Notes under the pieces: generated by a model
What the model saw: only the letters and a program-made list of their open reading frames with translations
The model's database searches: none
Told to the model about the DNA's origin: nothing
Assembly (NCBI GenBank): GCA_001779115.1
Contig: MFJF01000019.1
Coordinates: forward strand, 12,733 to 76,732
DNA length: 64,000 nt
Origin: Candidatus Gottesmanbacteria bacterium RIFCSPHIGHO2_01_FULL_40_15
GTDB lineage: Bacteria; Patescibacteriota; Microgenomatia; 2-02-FULL-39-11
Direction of reading: 5' to 3'
Position numbers and translations under genes: made by a program
Part shown: positions 37,547 through 47,604 of the stretch, piece by piece
Numbering within the stretch: the first letter of the stretch is position 1
How the letters are laid out: every line of letters begins with the position of its first letter

Positions 37547-38872
37547 ATGGCAGAACCGCGCATTCCTCCTCATGACGAGCAGGCAGAATCTTCAGTATTG
37601 GGAGCAATACTGATCGATCGCGATTCCATTTCAGAAGTAGTCGGTTTTTTAAAGCCCGATTATTTTTATAAAGAGTCCAACGCTAATGTTTTTGAAGCAA
37701 TGGTGTCGTTATTTGAAAAACATGAGCCGGTTGATGTCGTTACGGTAACTGCCCAGCTTAAGAAACTGGGAAAATATAAGGATATCGGCGGATCTTCCTT
37801 TCTGACAACACTGACCAATATCGTACCGACATCGGCCAATATTGAATATTACGGTCAGATTGTTGCTGATCATTACTTAAAGAGAAAATTAATTGAGAGT
37901 GCATCAAAAATAACAAGCCATGCTTTCGGAGATAGAACTGAGGCCAGGGAATTACTTGATGCTGCCGAATCGGAAATTCTGGCGGTAGCCCAGCAAAGAT
38001 CCCGGCGCGATTTCATTAATATTAAAGACGCCCTAGCAGAAAGTTTTGACCGTTTGGACGAACTTCATAAAAAGGGAACTAACCTGAGAGGAGTACCGAC
38101 CGGGTTTTATGATCTTGACAATAAGCTGGCCGGGATGCAGCGGTCAAATCTTTTGATATTGGCCGCCCGTCCAGGGCAGGGGAAAACAGCGTTGGCTTTA
38201 AATATTGCCCAATATTTAACGGTTCATAAGAATTTGCCTGTCGGAATATTCTCCCTGGAAATGAGTAAGGAGGAACTGGTGGACAGGCTTCTGGTATCAC
38301 AGGCCGATGTTGATGCCTGGAGGTTAAAAACGGGCAGACTGTCGGATGAAGATTTTACCAAATTGTCGGAAGCCATGGGTGAGTTGGCCGAGGCTCCCCT
38401 ATACATAGATGATACGCCGGGAATAAACATATTTGAGATAAGAACCAAGGCCAGAAGGTTGCTTCTGATGCATGATGTCAAACTAATTATTGTTGATTAT
38501 CTCCAACTGGTTGATCCGGGAAGAAGATTTGACAACAGGGTTCAGGAAGTTTCGGTTGTTACCCAATCTTTAAAAAATCTGGCCAGAGAATTGCAGATAC
38601 CGGTTCTGGCAATATCACAATTGTCCAGAGCAATTGAGCATAGAAGTGAAAAAAGGCCGCAACTGGCTGATCTTCGGGAGTCAGGTTCGATTGAACAGGA
38701 TTCCGATGTTGTGATGTTTATTTATAAGGAAGACGCCGAAGTTAAAAATTGGGAACAGCAGGTTGTTAAGCTTTTAATAGCCAAACACCGGAACGGTCCG
38801 GGAGGGGAAATAGATCTTATTTTCAAAGGCGACCGCATCCGCTTCTATTCGGTCGAGAAAGCGAAAGAATAA
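37547..38872 (+). CDS. dnaB: Replicative DNA helicase
   Basis: PPH..AE.SVLG, AARPGQGKT, SLEM, DYLQL, SQLSR, DLRESGSIEQD, KHRNG. Confidence 0.98.
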   Translation: MAEPRIPPHDEQAESSVLGAILIDRDSISEVVGFLKPDYFYKESNANVFEAMVSLFEKHEPVDVVTVTAQLKKLGKYKDIGGSSFLTTLTNIVPTSANIEYYGQIVADHYLKRKLIESASKITSHAFGDRTEARELLDAAESEILAVAQQRSRRDFINIKDALAESFDRLDELHKKGTNLRGVPTGFYDLDNKLAGMQRSNLLILAARPGQGKTALALNIAQYLTVHKNLPVGIFSLEMSKEELVDRLLVSQADVDAWRLKTGRLSDEDFTKLSEAMGELAEAPLYIDDTPGINIFEIRTKARRLLLMHDVKLIIVDYLQLVDPGRRFDNRVQEVSVVTQSLKNLARELQIPVLAISQLSRAIEHRSEKRPQLADLRESGSIEQDSDVVMFIYKEDAEVKNWEQQVVKLLIAKHRNGPGGEIDLIFKGDRIRFYSVEKAKE

Positions 38873-38894
38873 ACATATCACTTGGTGAGAAAAA

Positions 38895-38982
38895 TGGTGG
38901 GCAAGGAGGGAGTCGAACCCTCACGGTGCGTAAACACCACTAGTTTTTGAGACTAGCCTGTCTTCCATTCCAGCACTTGCCC
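38895..38982 (-). tRNA. tRNA-Leu (CAA)
   Basis: Reverse complement gggcaag...ctagt-ctCAAaa-actag, long variable arm, ggttcgactcc, cttgccc-acca; CCA encoded. Confidence 0.95.
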
Positions 38983-39069
38983 GGTATTATTTCCGATTGA
39001 CTGTAAGAATTATATTTTGGTACACTTGTTTTAGTCAAATCGCCGGAACAGCCCCTTTTATCCTTTAAT

Positions 39070-40569
39070 ATGAAATTCACTCTGAAAGTCACCAAACCCG
39101 AACTTCTAAATACTGATATCCTTTGCCTGTTCGTTTGGGAAAATGAAATTAAAAGAAGTCTGTTACCGCTTCCGAAAAACATTTTAACACATATTGAAGA
39201 AGGAATTAATGCTGAAGATTTTAAAGGGTCAAAAAATGATTTTATTGTTCTTTCTTCAAAAGGACTGATATCTTCCTATAAGCTGATACTGGCCGGCCTT
39301 GGTAAAAAATCCGATTTTAATTTGGGTATTTTGATGGAACAGATAGCTAAAACAATCCGTAAAGTCAGAGAAAATAAGGGTGTAAAGATAGGATTGGTAT
39401 TTGTTTCCGATTGGTCGGACATTATGGGTACACAAAGAACAGCACAGGCAATAGTTGAGGCATCAAATCTTGCCGCTTACCAATTTATGAAATATAAAAG
39501 CGGGGAGGAAAGCAAAAATTTGCGGCCGATTGAAGAAGTAATTATCAATATCCATCCGGCGGGTCTGGCGGCAGCGGAACAGGGGATATATTTAGGCCGG
39601 ATTATGAGCAGGGCGACTAATTACAGCCGGGACCTGGTTAATGAACCGCCCAGGTTAACAACACCCGCATTTTTAGCCGATGAAGCTTTGAAAATTGCCA
39701 AAAATTCCAGCGGTACAATCAAAGCGGCAGTTTTGGAAGAAGATGAAATTGAAAAAGCAGGCATGGAAGCTTTTCTTGGTGTAAGCCGCGGAAGTGACGA
39801 GCTGCCAAAGTTTATAATTCTCAGATATAAAAATCCGCATGCGAAGAAAAAAATTGTCGTTGCCGGAAAAGGCATAACATTTGATACGGGCGGACTGTCA
39901 TTAAAGTCTCCTGAGCATATGGAAACAATGAAACTGGATATGGCCGGTGCCGCATCCGTTCTAGGGATATTTTCGGCGTTAGCGGAACTTAAGCCTTCAG
40001 TTGAAGCAGTCGGTATGATTGCGGCCTGTGAAAATATGCCGTCAGGCAAGGCTTTAAAACCCGGTGATATCCTAAGGGCAGTTAACGGAAAAACAATTGA
40101 AGTATTAAATACGGATGCCGAGGGAAGACTGACTCTGGCTGACGTGCTTTCATATGCGGTTAAAAAAGAAAAACCGGATGAGATTATTGATCTGGCGACT
40201 TTAACCGGCGCCTGCATGATTGCCTTGGGTCAGGATATTGCCGGAATATTTGGAAATAATGAGAATCTATTAACACAATTGGAAAAGTCAGCCAAAGAAA
40301 GCGGTGAAAAAATCTGGCGTTTACCTTTAGAGAAGGGGTATAAAGATTTAATAAAAAGCCATATTGCCGACGTTAAAAACATCGGAACGGGAAAATACGC
40401 CGGAGCCATTACGGCGGCACTTTTTTTGGAAGAGTTTATCAATAAGACCAGTTGGGCTCATCTTGATATTGCCGGTCCGGCATATATGGAAAAAGATACT
40501 CCGATAAACCCCAAAGGAGGAGCCGGTTTCGGGGTAAGGTTAATTCTCCATTATTTCAACTCGATTTAA
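39070..40569 (+). CDS. pepA: M17 leucyl aminopeptidase
   Basis: GKGITFDTGG, MKLDMAG, NTDAEGRL, DLATLTGA, HLDIAG. Confidence 0.96.
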   Translation: MKFTLKVTKPELLNTDILCLFVWENEIKRSLLPLPKNILTHIEEGINAEDFKGSKNDFIVLSSKGLISSYKLILAGLGKKSDFNLGILMEQIAKTIRKVRENKGVKIGLVFVSDWSDIMGTQRTAQAIVEASNLAAYQFMKYKSGEESKNLRPIEEVIINIHPAGLAAAEQGIYLGRIMSRATNYSRDLVNEPPRLTTPAFLADEALKIAKNSSGTIKAAVLEEDEIEKAGMEAFLGVSRGSDELPKFIILRYKNPHAKKKIVVAGKGITFDTGGLSLKSPEHMETMKLDMAGAASVLGIFSALAELKPSVEAVGMIAACENMPSGKALKPGDILRAVNGKTIEVLNTDAEGRLTLADVLSYAVKKEKPDEIIDLATLTGACMIALGQDIAGIFGNNENLLTQLEKSAKESGEKIWRLPLEKGYKDLIKSHIADVKNIGTGKYAGAITAALFLEEFINKTSWAHLDIAGPAYMEKDTPINPKGGAGFGVRLILHYFNSI

Positions 40570-40580
40570 ATCAAGAATAG

Positions 40581-41807
40581 ATGAATCAGTCATACATCCG
40601 GGTATTGGGAAATGTTAACTTCCGAATGCTTTTTTTTGGCCAGATAATTTCCCAAATTGCTTTAAACGTACTTTCTTTTGTCCTGGCTATTCAGGTATAT
40701 CAGAAAACCCAGTCCAATACAGCCGTTTCTTTAATGCTTTTGACTTTCGGAATACCGGCGATTATTTTCGGTGTAATGTTCGGGGGGATAGTTGATGAAT
40801 TTGACAAACGGTCAATATTAGTTTTCTGTAATTTATCAAGGGCATTTATTCTGGTGGGTTATTTTTTATTGGGCAGTGTTCTTTTTTTACTTTATTTTCT
40901 GTCTGTTCTGATTTCGGTTATTACCCAGTTATTCATTCCTGCTGAAGCACCATCAATTCCGCAATTGGTTAAAAAAGATGATCTGCTCATGGCCAATTCA
41001 TTTTTTACGGTCACGTTTTATCTGTCAACTGTAGTCGGAGCAATTTCTGCCGGACCGTTATTAAAGACGGTCGGAAACGAATATATCTATTTAATTTTAG
41101 CCGGTTTTATGGTTATAGCCTCTTATTTTACACTCAGACTTCCCAAGATTGCCCCTTCCGGGTTAAGAAAGTTCAGTTTTAATTTTGTAAACCTGATAAG
41201 ACCGGTAACGGAAGGCATTTTGTTTATTAAGGAACATGCCAGGATAAGGCAAAGCCTGTATTTATTGACTTTTTCACAGGCTTTAATTGTAACACTGATT
41301 GCAGTGGCGCCGGGATTTGCCGATAGAATACTGATCATTGAACTTGCGGATGTATCTCTTTTTGTTATGGGACCAGCCGCGCTGGGACTGATAATCGGCG
41401 CATTTCTGGTCGGAATTTTTGCCGGAAAGATATTAAAAGGGACCATTATACTGACCGGAATTATTGCAACCGGTATTTGTCTTATACTGATATCGCTTTT
41501 TAGTATATCCGGTAATCATGGTATTATATACCCAATCGTGTTCCTACTTTTTATTTTAGGCTTATCAAATTCGTTTATTAATGTACCGACAAGTACTATA
41601 TTACAGGAGGAAACAGATAAAGATTTAAGAGGCAGGGTATACGGTGTTTTAACTTCTTTAACGGGCGGATTTTCCATTCTCCCGGTTTTATTTTCCGGAC
41701 TATTAGCTGATGCCATCGGAATTCAGAAAACTTTATTTATAATCGGTATTATTGTTTTTCTTTCCGGTATTTATTATTTAAGGAAGAGAATCGGCGTGGT
41801 TTTTTAA
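40581..41807 (+). CDS. MFS transporter
   Basis: 12-TM pattern; GGIVDEFDKR motif A-like; RGRVYG. Confidence 0.92.
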   Translation: MNQSYIRVLGNVNFRMLFFGQIISQIALNVLSFVLAIQVYQKTQSNTAVSLMLLTFGIPAIIFGVMFGGIVDEFDKRSILVFCNLSRAFILVGYFLLGSVLFLLYFLSVLISVITQLFIPAEAPSIPQLVKKDDLLMANSFFTVTFYLSTVVGAISAGPLLKTVGNEYIYLILAGFMVIASYFTLRLPKIAPSGLRKFSFNFVNLIRPVTEGILFIKEHARIRQSLYLLTFSQALIVTLIAVAPGFADRILIIELADVSLFVMGPAALGLIIGAFLVGIFAGKILKGTIILTGIIATGICLILISLFSISGNHGIIYPIVFLLFILGLSNSFINVPTSTILQEETDKDLRGRVYGVLTSLTGGFSILPVLFSGLLADAIGIQKTLFIIGIIVFLSGIYYLRKRIGVVF

Positions 41808-41819
41808 CTGGGATTTTTT

Positions 41820-42611
41820 ATGCAACCGGTACTTTATTCAATCGGTAGATATAATGTTTACTCATTCGGGATTTTTCTGGCTTTATCATTTATTCTGTCA
41901 ACTTTTGTTATTTGGAAATTTGCCAAAGAAGAATTTAAGGAAGAGGAATATTTGGATGCATATTTTTACACGGCATTAGTTACTTTAATTTGCGCCCGGG
42001 CAGTATATATCATCCGTAATTTTAACGATTTCCAGTTCAACATCCTTTCATATTTTCTGGTTGTTGAGACACCCGGATTGTCACTTCTGGGTGGAGCTAT
42101 CGGAGGATTTCTATTTTTGCTTTTTTATTCAAGGAAAAAAAAGTTTAACTTTTTACACCTTATGGATCTTCTTTCAGTTGCCGGTTCATTAGCTTTGGTA
42201 TTTATTAAAATAGGACAACAGCTGGGCGGAGCGGCCTTCGGGCGGGAGACCGATTTTATTATTAAGGTCAGGGTAATCGGAATGCCTAAATTTTACCATC
42301 CGGTTGAATTCTATGAGGCATTCCTTTATTTATTACTTTTTATTTTCCTTTTATTCCTAAATAGGAAACTATCAGGGAAAAAAAGGCAAGACGGTATGGT
42401 TTTTTCCCTGTTTGTTATGGGACTTTCGGTTTCAGTTTTTACACTTGAATTTCTCAAAGTATACCGCGTATACTTATATAATCTTAGTTTCCGTCAATTA
42501 TTATCTTTGATTTTATTTGTTATTACTTTAGCATATATTTTAAGCAGAATTGAGATATTAAAATATTTCAGGAAAGCAAAGCATGAAATTTCCAAAAGCA
42601 GTAATGGATAA
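41820..42611 (+). CDS. lgt: Prolipoprotein diacylglyceryl transferase (divergent)
   Basis: M.PVL..IG...YSFG, ARAVY, GLSLLGG, HPVEFYE. Confidence 0.75.
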   Translation: MQPVLYSIGRYNVYSFGIFLALSFILSTFVIWKFAKEEFKEEEYLDAYFYTALVTLICARAVYIIRNFNDFQFNILSYFLVVETPGLSLLGGAIGGFLFLLFYSRKKKFNFLHLMDLLSVAGSLALVFIKIGQQLGGAAFGRETDFIIKVRVIGMPKFYHPVEFYEAFLYLLLFIFLLFLNRKLSGKKRQDGMVFSLFVMGLSVSVFTLEFLKVYRVYLYNLSFRQLLSLILFVITLAYILSRIEILKYFRKAKHEISKSSNG

Positions 42612-42942
42612 TGTCAGCCGTAATCTCATAAAACTGAGAAAAACGGTTGAGGAAAGAATTCATTCACTCAAGCTTCAGGATCCTTTCTCAGATCCTGAAA
42701 GGCTAAATGATAATGCGGCTTCAGATACCGAAGCAAAAGAAGAAAGTTCACATGAAAGAATGGAGGCTCTCGAGAAAGAGTTAAGAGCTCATTTGGAAGA
42801 AATAAATTTGACACTGCAAAGAATTAAGAAAGGTACTTACGGAAAGTGCCAGAATTGCGGAAAAATGATTGATACTGACAGGCTGGCCATCAAGCCAACC
42901 GCTCTTTACTGCGTTGACTGCGAACGGAAAAAAGAAAAATAA
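42583..42942 (+). CDS. TraR/DksA C4-type zinc finger protein
   Basis: Coiled coil plus GTYGKCQNCG...RL...P.ALYCVDC. Confidence 0.9.
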   Translation: MKFPKAVMDNVSRNLIKLRKTVEERIHSLKLQDPFSDPERLNDNAASDTEAKEESSHERMEALEKELRAHLEEINLTLQRIKKGTYGKCQNCGKMIDTDRLAIKPTALYCVDCERKKEK

Positions 42943-42963
42943 CATCAAATTCTGACCCCGAAC

Positions 42964-43701
42964 ATGAAAATATCTGTAATTTATGAGGATGATGATCTGC
43001 TGGTTATTGATAAACCTTCAGGAATGATTGTTAACAAAGCTGAAACGGTGACTGAAGAGACAGTTGCCGATTGGGCGGGAAAAAAATTAAACCTTCCCGG
43101 GAAAAGCGGGGATAAATCTGATTTTACAAACAGATCAGGAATAGTCCACAGATTGGATAAGGATACTTCCGGACTGCTTCTTATTGCCAAAAACAAGAAG
43201 GCTTTTGACAAGCTTCAAGAGCAGTTTCTTAAAAGGACAGTAAAGAAAAAGTATATCGCTTTAGTCCACGGCAGATTACCGGATTCCACGAATATAATTA
43301 AAGCTCCGGTCGGCAGACTGCCTTGGAACAGAAGGAAGTTTGGAGTACTGGCAGCCGGAAGGGATGCGGAAACTAAAATTAAAGTAAAATCTTTTTTTAA
43401 AAAAGGACCGGGAAATAAATATACTTTATTGGAGGCTGAACCGGTTACCGGAAGAACCCATCAGATAAGAATTCATTTGAAGCATATTTTTCATTCGATT
43501 GTCTCTGACAGGCTTTATAGCGGTAGAAAGACACTAAAGCAGGACGAAAAGATATTTCCCCGACTGTTTCTGCATGCATGCCGATTATCTTTCATTCATC
43601 CGGTGACGACAGAGTTAATAACGGTTACAAGCCCAATGCCTTCCGATTTGGAAAAAGCTTTAGGTAACCTGGAAGTTGAACAAACGGGGTTAATCCGATA
43701 A
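42964..43701 (+). CDS. RluA-family pseudouridine synthase
   Basis: DKPSG, VHRLDKDTSG, TGRTHQIR, LFLHA. Confidence 0.95.
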   Translation: MKISVIYEDDDLLVIDKPSGMIVNKAETVTEETVADWAGKKLNLPGKSGDKSDFTNRSGIVHRLDKDTSGLLLIAKNKKAFDKLQEQFLKRTVKKKYIALVHGRLPDSTNIIKAPVGRLPWNRRKFGVLAAGRDAETKIKVKSFFKKGPGNKYTLLEAEPVTGRTHQIRIHLKHIFHSIVSDRLYSGRKTLKQDEKIFPRLFLHACRLSFIHPVTTELITVTSPMPSDLEKALGNLEVEQTGLIR

Positions 43702-43710
43702 TATTAAGGC

Positions 43711-43851
43711 ATGGGAAATTTTGGCGGTTTTTATAAAGGCGACAGTAAAAAGAAGAAAAAAAAAGATTTGGAGAGAAAGGCCAGAGAGTTAGTCAGTAAG
43801 GAAACCTTCAGAGTCCCCGAGATTGAAATAATCAAAAAGGGAAAAAAATGA
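43711..43851 (+). CDS. 46-aa basic small protein (MGNFGGFYKGDSKKKKKKDLERKARELVSKETFRVPEIEIIKKGKK), below the ORF-track cutoff
   Basis: Fills the gap exactly; stop overlaps the next start (ATGA 43848-51). Confidence 0.7.
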   Translation: MGNFGGFYKGDSKKKKKKDLERKARELVSKETFRVPEIEIIKKGKK

Positions 43852-44858
43852 GAAATAACTCCCGGGGTCGGTATAAAGGAAGCCGGTATAATGTATTCCG
43901 TATTATATTTACCGGCATTATTTTTTTTGCCATTTTGCTTGTTTGGTTGAATTGGAGACACAGTTGGAACGGTAAATCCAGATTTACAACGGTGGTTCAG
44001 AATAAAAGCGAAGGACAACAATCCAAACAGGATCTGGCGGTAATTTCCTTCGATTTATCCCGGAAAAAAGGTAAATTTCTTCTCTTAAAAAATAATTTTT
44101 ATATGGATATTCCATACGGTTATAAGACATATCCGGTATTTTCGATTTATAAATTGGGAGAGCTTGATTCCGAGCGAAGCGGAGGAATCCTTTTAAAAAA
44201 AAGCGTCGAGACAACCTTGGGAATTAAAACAGACCGTTATTTAATGTTAGACAAGGCAAACAGTGAAAAATTACCCGGCAGCCGTGAGGAACTGTTATCA
44301 TTTAAACAGAGAAATTTTTCACTTTTTAACGGATTTTCCACGCTGATGAAATTTCTTATGGGCAGATATGAGACGGATATGAGTACCATTGAAAAAATCA
44401 GATTTTTTCAGGCGATGAGAACATTAAGAATTGATCAGCTGGAATTTATTGACCTGTCGCATACCCAAGCGGCAGTAGCGGAACAATTACCGGATAAATC
44501 AAAAATTTATACCGTTGATACCGGAATATTTGATTTTTTATTCGGAACTGATTTTTTGAACTTAGGCGTCAGAAATGAGGGAGTAACTTTGGAAGTTGAA
44601 AATGCCACCGGGGTTGATAAAATCGCCACACAATTTTCCAGGAATCTTGAAAATTTGGGAGCAAATGTAATTCTAAAAACCACAGCGGAAGCGATTGAAA
44701 GCAAGGCCTGCAATTTAGTTTTTAAAACCAGTGAAAGCAAAAACAGCCTGACAGGGAGCATATTACGAAAAGATTATCTCTGTGGTGAAGCAAAAACATA
44801 TGATTCCCAAGCGCAGGCAGATATCAAAGTAATAATCGGAGAAGGATTCTTAAAATAA
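43848..44858 (+). CDS. LCP/LytR_C domain-containing membrane protein
   Basis: N-terminal TM; C-terminal LEVENATGVDKIA...DIKVIIG (LytR_C). Confidence 0.8.
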   Translation: MRNNSRGRYKGSRYNVFRIIFTGIIFFAILLVWLNWRHSWNGKSRFTTVVQNKSEGQQSKQDLAVISFDLSRKKGKFLLLKNNFYMDIPYGYKTYPVFSIYKLGELDSERSGGILLKKSVETTLGIKTDRYLMLDKANSEKLPGSREELLSFKQRNFSLFNGFSTLMKFLMGRYETDMSTIEKIRFFQAMRTLRIDQLEFIDLSHTQAAVAEQLPDKSKIYTVDTGIFDFLFGTDFLNLGVRNEGVTLEVENATGVDKIATQFSRNLENLGANVILKTTAEAIESKACNLVFKTSESKNSLTGSILRKDYLCGEAKTYDSQAQADIKVIIGEGFLK

Positions 44859-45040
44859 TGATCATTATTCTTATATTGATGTTTATTGTTTCGTTTCTAT
44901 TGGCAATTAAAGAAGCTAAAAGTGAATTATCAATACCCGAAGAAATAAAGAAAATTAAAATCAGGAGGAAGAAACCATTGTCAGGAGTAATCCTATTTTT
45001 GAAGGAAAAAATTATTCATTACTCTTCGGATTCGTCTTGA
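44858..45040 (+). CDS. Small membrane hypothetical protein
   Basis: 60 aa, hydrophobic N-terminus, TAATG coupling to the upstream gene. Confidence 0.6.
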   Translation: MIIILILMFIVSFLLAIKEAKSELSIPEEIKKIKIRRKKPLSGVILFLKEKIIHYSSDSS

Positions 45041-45729
45041 TTTGCGTCAGTCACAGAATCTTCTTCAGTGATAACCGATCTTTTTATTTCTCTTTGAATA
45101 GAGGCAGTATATTCTTTAAAACTTGTCGGAAGAAAAGTAGCCTGGTGTCTTAATTTTTTACCCCGGGTCATTTCCCTGATAAACAGAGATATAATGTTTT
45201 TTTGGATATTTTTTATACAAGTAAGATAAGTATTTCCGGCCGAAATGAATTTCAGCAGTCTGAAGGCGATATCATCCGGCAATGCCCCAATATAAGTTTT
45301 ATTGGCATCTCTTATCTCAATTGAATGTTTTTTCGGAAAAAGACTAACCAAATCTCCGATATTTAACTGGCTGATTACTTTAGATGGAGCAAGATTTATG
45401 AGTACAATTACTTTGGTTTTGCCGGGTTCTTCAATAAACAGTCCGGGTGAAACCCGATCATGAATCAAATTTAATTTTTTTGCGGGAAGACTATTTATTT
45501 TATTGAGGTTTTTTAATGCCAAACTGTTATAGCGGTCAATGGTGAGGATTTTTTTGTAAATTTTTTTGGCTTTTTCCGTTTCGTCAATCTGGCAATAGGC
45601 GTAAGCAAGACGGGTTAAGGTATCAATGTCTTCTTTATTGGTTTTTAAAAGCTCCCTGTTAATTGCTACGGCTTCAGCCCAGTTCTGGGTTAAAGCTGCG
45701 TCAATTGCGGCTTGGACATCATTGGCCAT
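45019..45729 (-). CDS. TPR-repeat protein with HIRAN-like C-terminal domain
   Basis: N-terminal TPR helices; FIEEPGKTK and YIGALPDDIAFRL. Confidence 0.75.
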   Translation of the reverse strand: MANDVQAAIDAALTQNWAEAVAINRELLKTNKEDIDTLTRLAYAYCQIDETEKAKKIYKKILTIDRYNSLALKNLNKINSLPAKKLNLIHDRVSPGLFIEEPGKTKVIVLINLAPSKVISQLNIGDLVSLFPKKHSIEIRDANKTYIGALPDDIAFRLLKFISAGNTYLTCIKNIQKNIISLFIREMTRGKKLRHQATFLPTSFKEYTASIQREIKRSVITEEDSVTDANQDESEE

Positions 45730-45858
45730 CTTTTTTGGCTTACAGTAATTTTAAGGATTATGGAGAATTTACAATATGTAATCCGAACGGATTTAATATA
45801 ATCGGTTAGTTTATCGATAGTATTGAGAAAAGTCAAGGGGAGTATTAAAATATCAAAC

Positions 45859-46584
45859 ATGTCCGGTCATTCCAAATGGTCAAAAGTCAAACACCAGAAA
45901 GAAGTAACCGATTCGGTAAAAGGAAAACTGTTTACCAAGGCGGCCAGCGAGATAATTATTGCCATAAGAGAGGGTGGGGGACATACTGATCCTGAAACGA
46001 ATTTTAAATTAAGACTGGCTATTGAAAAAGCTAAAAGCGTCAATATGCCTAAAGAAAATATACAAAGAGCCATAGAGAGGGCTAATAAAGCGGAAAATTG
46101 GGGTGAAATAAGTGAAGTTATTTATGAGGCCTTCGGTCCAAAAGGGGTCGGGATGATGATCAGGACAATTACAGATAACCGTCAAAGAACTGTTTCTGAA
46201 ATTAAAAATATCCTGGAAAGATTCGGAGGGAATCTGGCAACAAGCGGAGCCGTTGCCCATTTTTTCACAAGGGTTGGACTTATTGAAGTTGCCAAATCGA
46301 AAAGTTATGACGAGATGTTGGAAACGGTAATTTCTGCCGGAGCCAGCGATCTTAAGGAGTCAAAAGAAACTTTCCGAATTTATACTGACACAGCCGATCT
46401 TCATAAAGTCCGGGAATATCTTGAAAAAACGGGGATTGAAATTAAATATACCGATCTGTATTTCAAACCGGTTTCGGGAATTGAAGTCGGTGATAAAGAA
46501 GTGACGGATAAAATCGATAAACTGGTAAATATACTTGAAGAGCGGGATGATGTTCAGAAGGTGTATGCCAATTTAAATGTATAA
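45859..46584 (+). CDS. YebC/PmpR family protein
   Basis: MSGHSKW, DP..N..LR, NMPKENI, YEAFGP.G, TDN..RT, DDVQKVY. Confidence 0.96.
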   Translation: MSGHSKWSKVKHQKEVTDSVKGKLFTKAASEIIIAIREGGGHTDPETNFKLRLAIEKAKSVNMPKENIQRAIERANKAENWGEISEVIYEAFGPKGVGMMIRTITDNRQRTVSEIKNILERFGGNLATSGAVAHFFTRVGLIEVAKSKSYDEMLETVISAGASDLKESKETFRIYTDTADLHKVREYLEKTGIEIKYTDLYFKPVSGIEVGDKEVTDKIDKLVNILEERDDVQKVYANLNV

Positions 46585-47527
46585 ACGGCTGAAAGTTGAC
46601 CGACCAAGAATTAAAAAGAAACTGTTTCCCCGTATCAAGAAAAATTTTCTGCGCCTAATTGGGGGATTTATTGACGGGAGCATATATTTTTCCCATAAAA
46701 GAGGTAAAAAAAGTAAAGTCAGGGGTTTTTCAAGGATAAAAAATATAGTCAATTTTCTTGAAAAAAGGGAAAGATTTACCCTGCAGACAATTATTCTGAC
46801 AGCCGGAGTATTGACCAGTCAGCTTATATGGACGGATTTTCGGTTCCATATGGTAATTCTTTTAGCTGTTGCTTCCTATATTCTGTCTACCTGGTCTTTA
46901 AAGGAGGATATAAAAAAAATTGAATGGCTTCTGCTTTTTATCCTGCCGGTTTTATTCACCGCTTCCTTATCACTTTTTTACTTTCTGCTGCCGCCGAGGT
47001 GGATTATCCGGTTAACCACAACAGCCTTTTTTGCTGTCGGGACATATGCGATACTTTTGGTTGAAAATATTTATAATGTAGCGGTACAAAGGTCGATACA
47101 GCTTTTACGGGCGGCCCAAAGTGTTGGTTTGCTGTTAACCCTGGCGGTTATTTTCTTATCAGCTAATGTAATATTTTCATTAAAACTGCCTTTTATTCTC
47201 AATTTTTTACTGATGTTCACAGTCAGTTTTTTCCTGGCGCTTCAATCACTCTGGTCTATTAAATTGCAGAAAAAATTATCAGCAGAACTATTAATTTATT
47301 CTTTAACGGTCGGAATTGGAATAGGGGAGTTGGCACTCGTTTTATCCTTTTGGCCTATTGAAAACGCGTCTTTTTCTCTGCTTTTATCGGCATCTTACTA
47401 CGCCCTAATCGGCATTATTCAGCAGTATATGGCCGAGAGACTGTTTCTGAATGTTATCAGGGAATATATTATCGTATTTGTTTTTACTTTCATACTTACT
47501 TTTTTAACAACCAGATGGGGCGGATAA
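46577..47527 (+). CDS. Multi-pass membrane protein (DUF5656-like)
   Basis: ~9 TMs; ENIYNVA..RSIQLLRAA; ends TTRWGG. Confidence 0.75.
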   Translation: MYKRLKVDRPRIKKKLFPRIKKNFLRLIGGFIDGSIYFSHKRGKKSKVRGFSRIKNIVNFLEKRERFTLQTIILTAGVLTSQLIWTDFRFHMVILLAVASYILSTWSLKEDIKKIEWLLLFILPVLFTASLSLFYFLLPPRWIIRLTTTAFFAVGTYAILLVENIYNVAVQRSIQLLRAAQSVGLLLTLAVIFLSANVIFSLKLPFILNFLLMFTVSFFLALQSLWSIKLQKKLSAELLIYSLTVGIGIGELALVLSFWPIENASFSLLLSASYYALIGIIQQYMAERLFLNVIREYIIVFVFTFILTFLTTRWGG

Positions 47528-47604
47528 ACGGGTGCCATGGCAGGGGGAGAGGGGAGTAAAACGAGATTGGTTGATATAGTTTGATATATCCTATAGTATA
47601 ATAG

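Noticed and set aside
39070-40569. PepA as an Xer accessory factor linked to the nearby recombinase
   Set aside because: It lies 8 kb away in a separate operon, and that role is established only for plasmid cer/psi sites.
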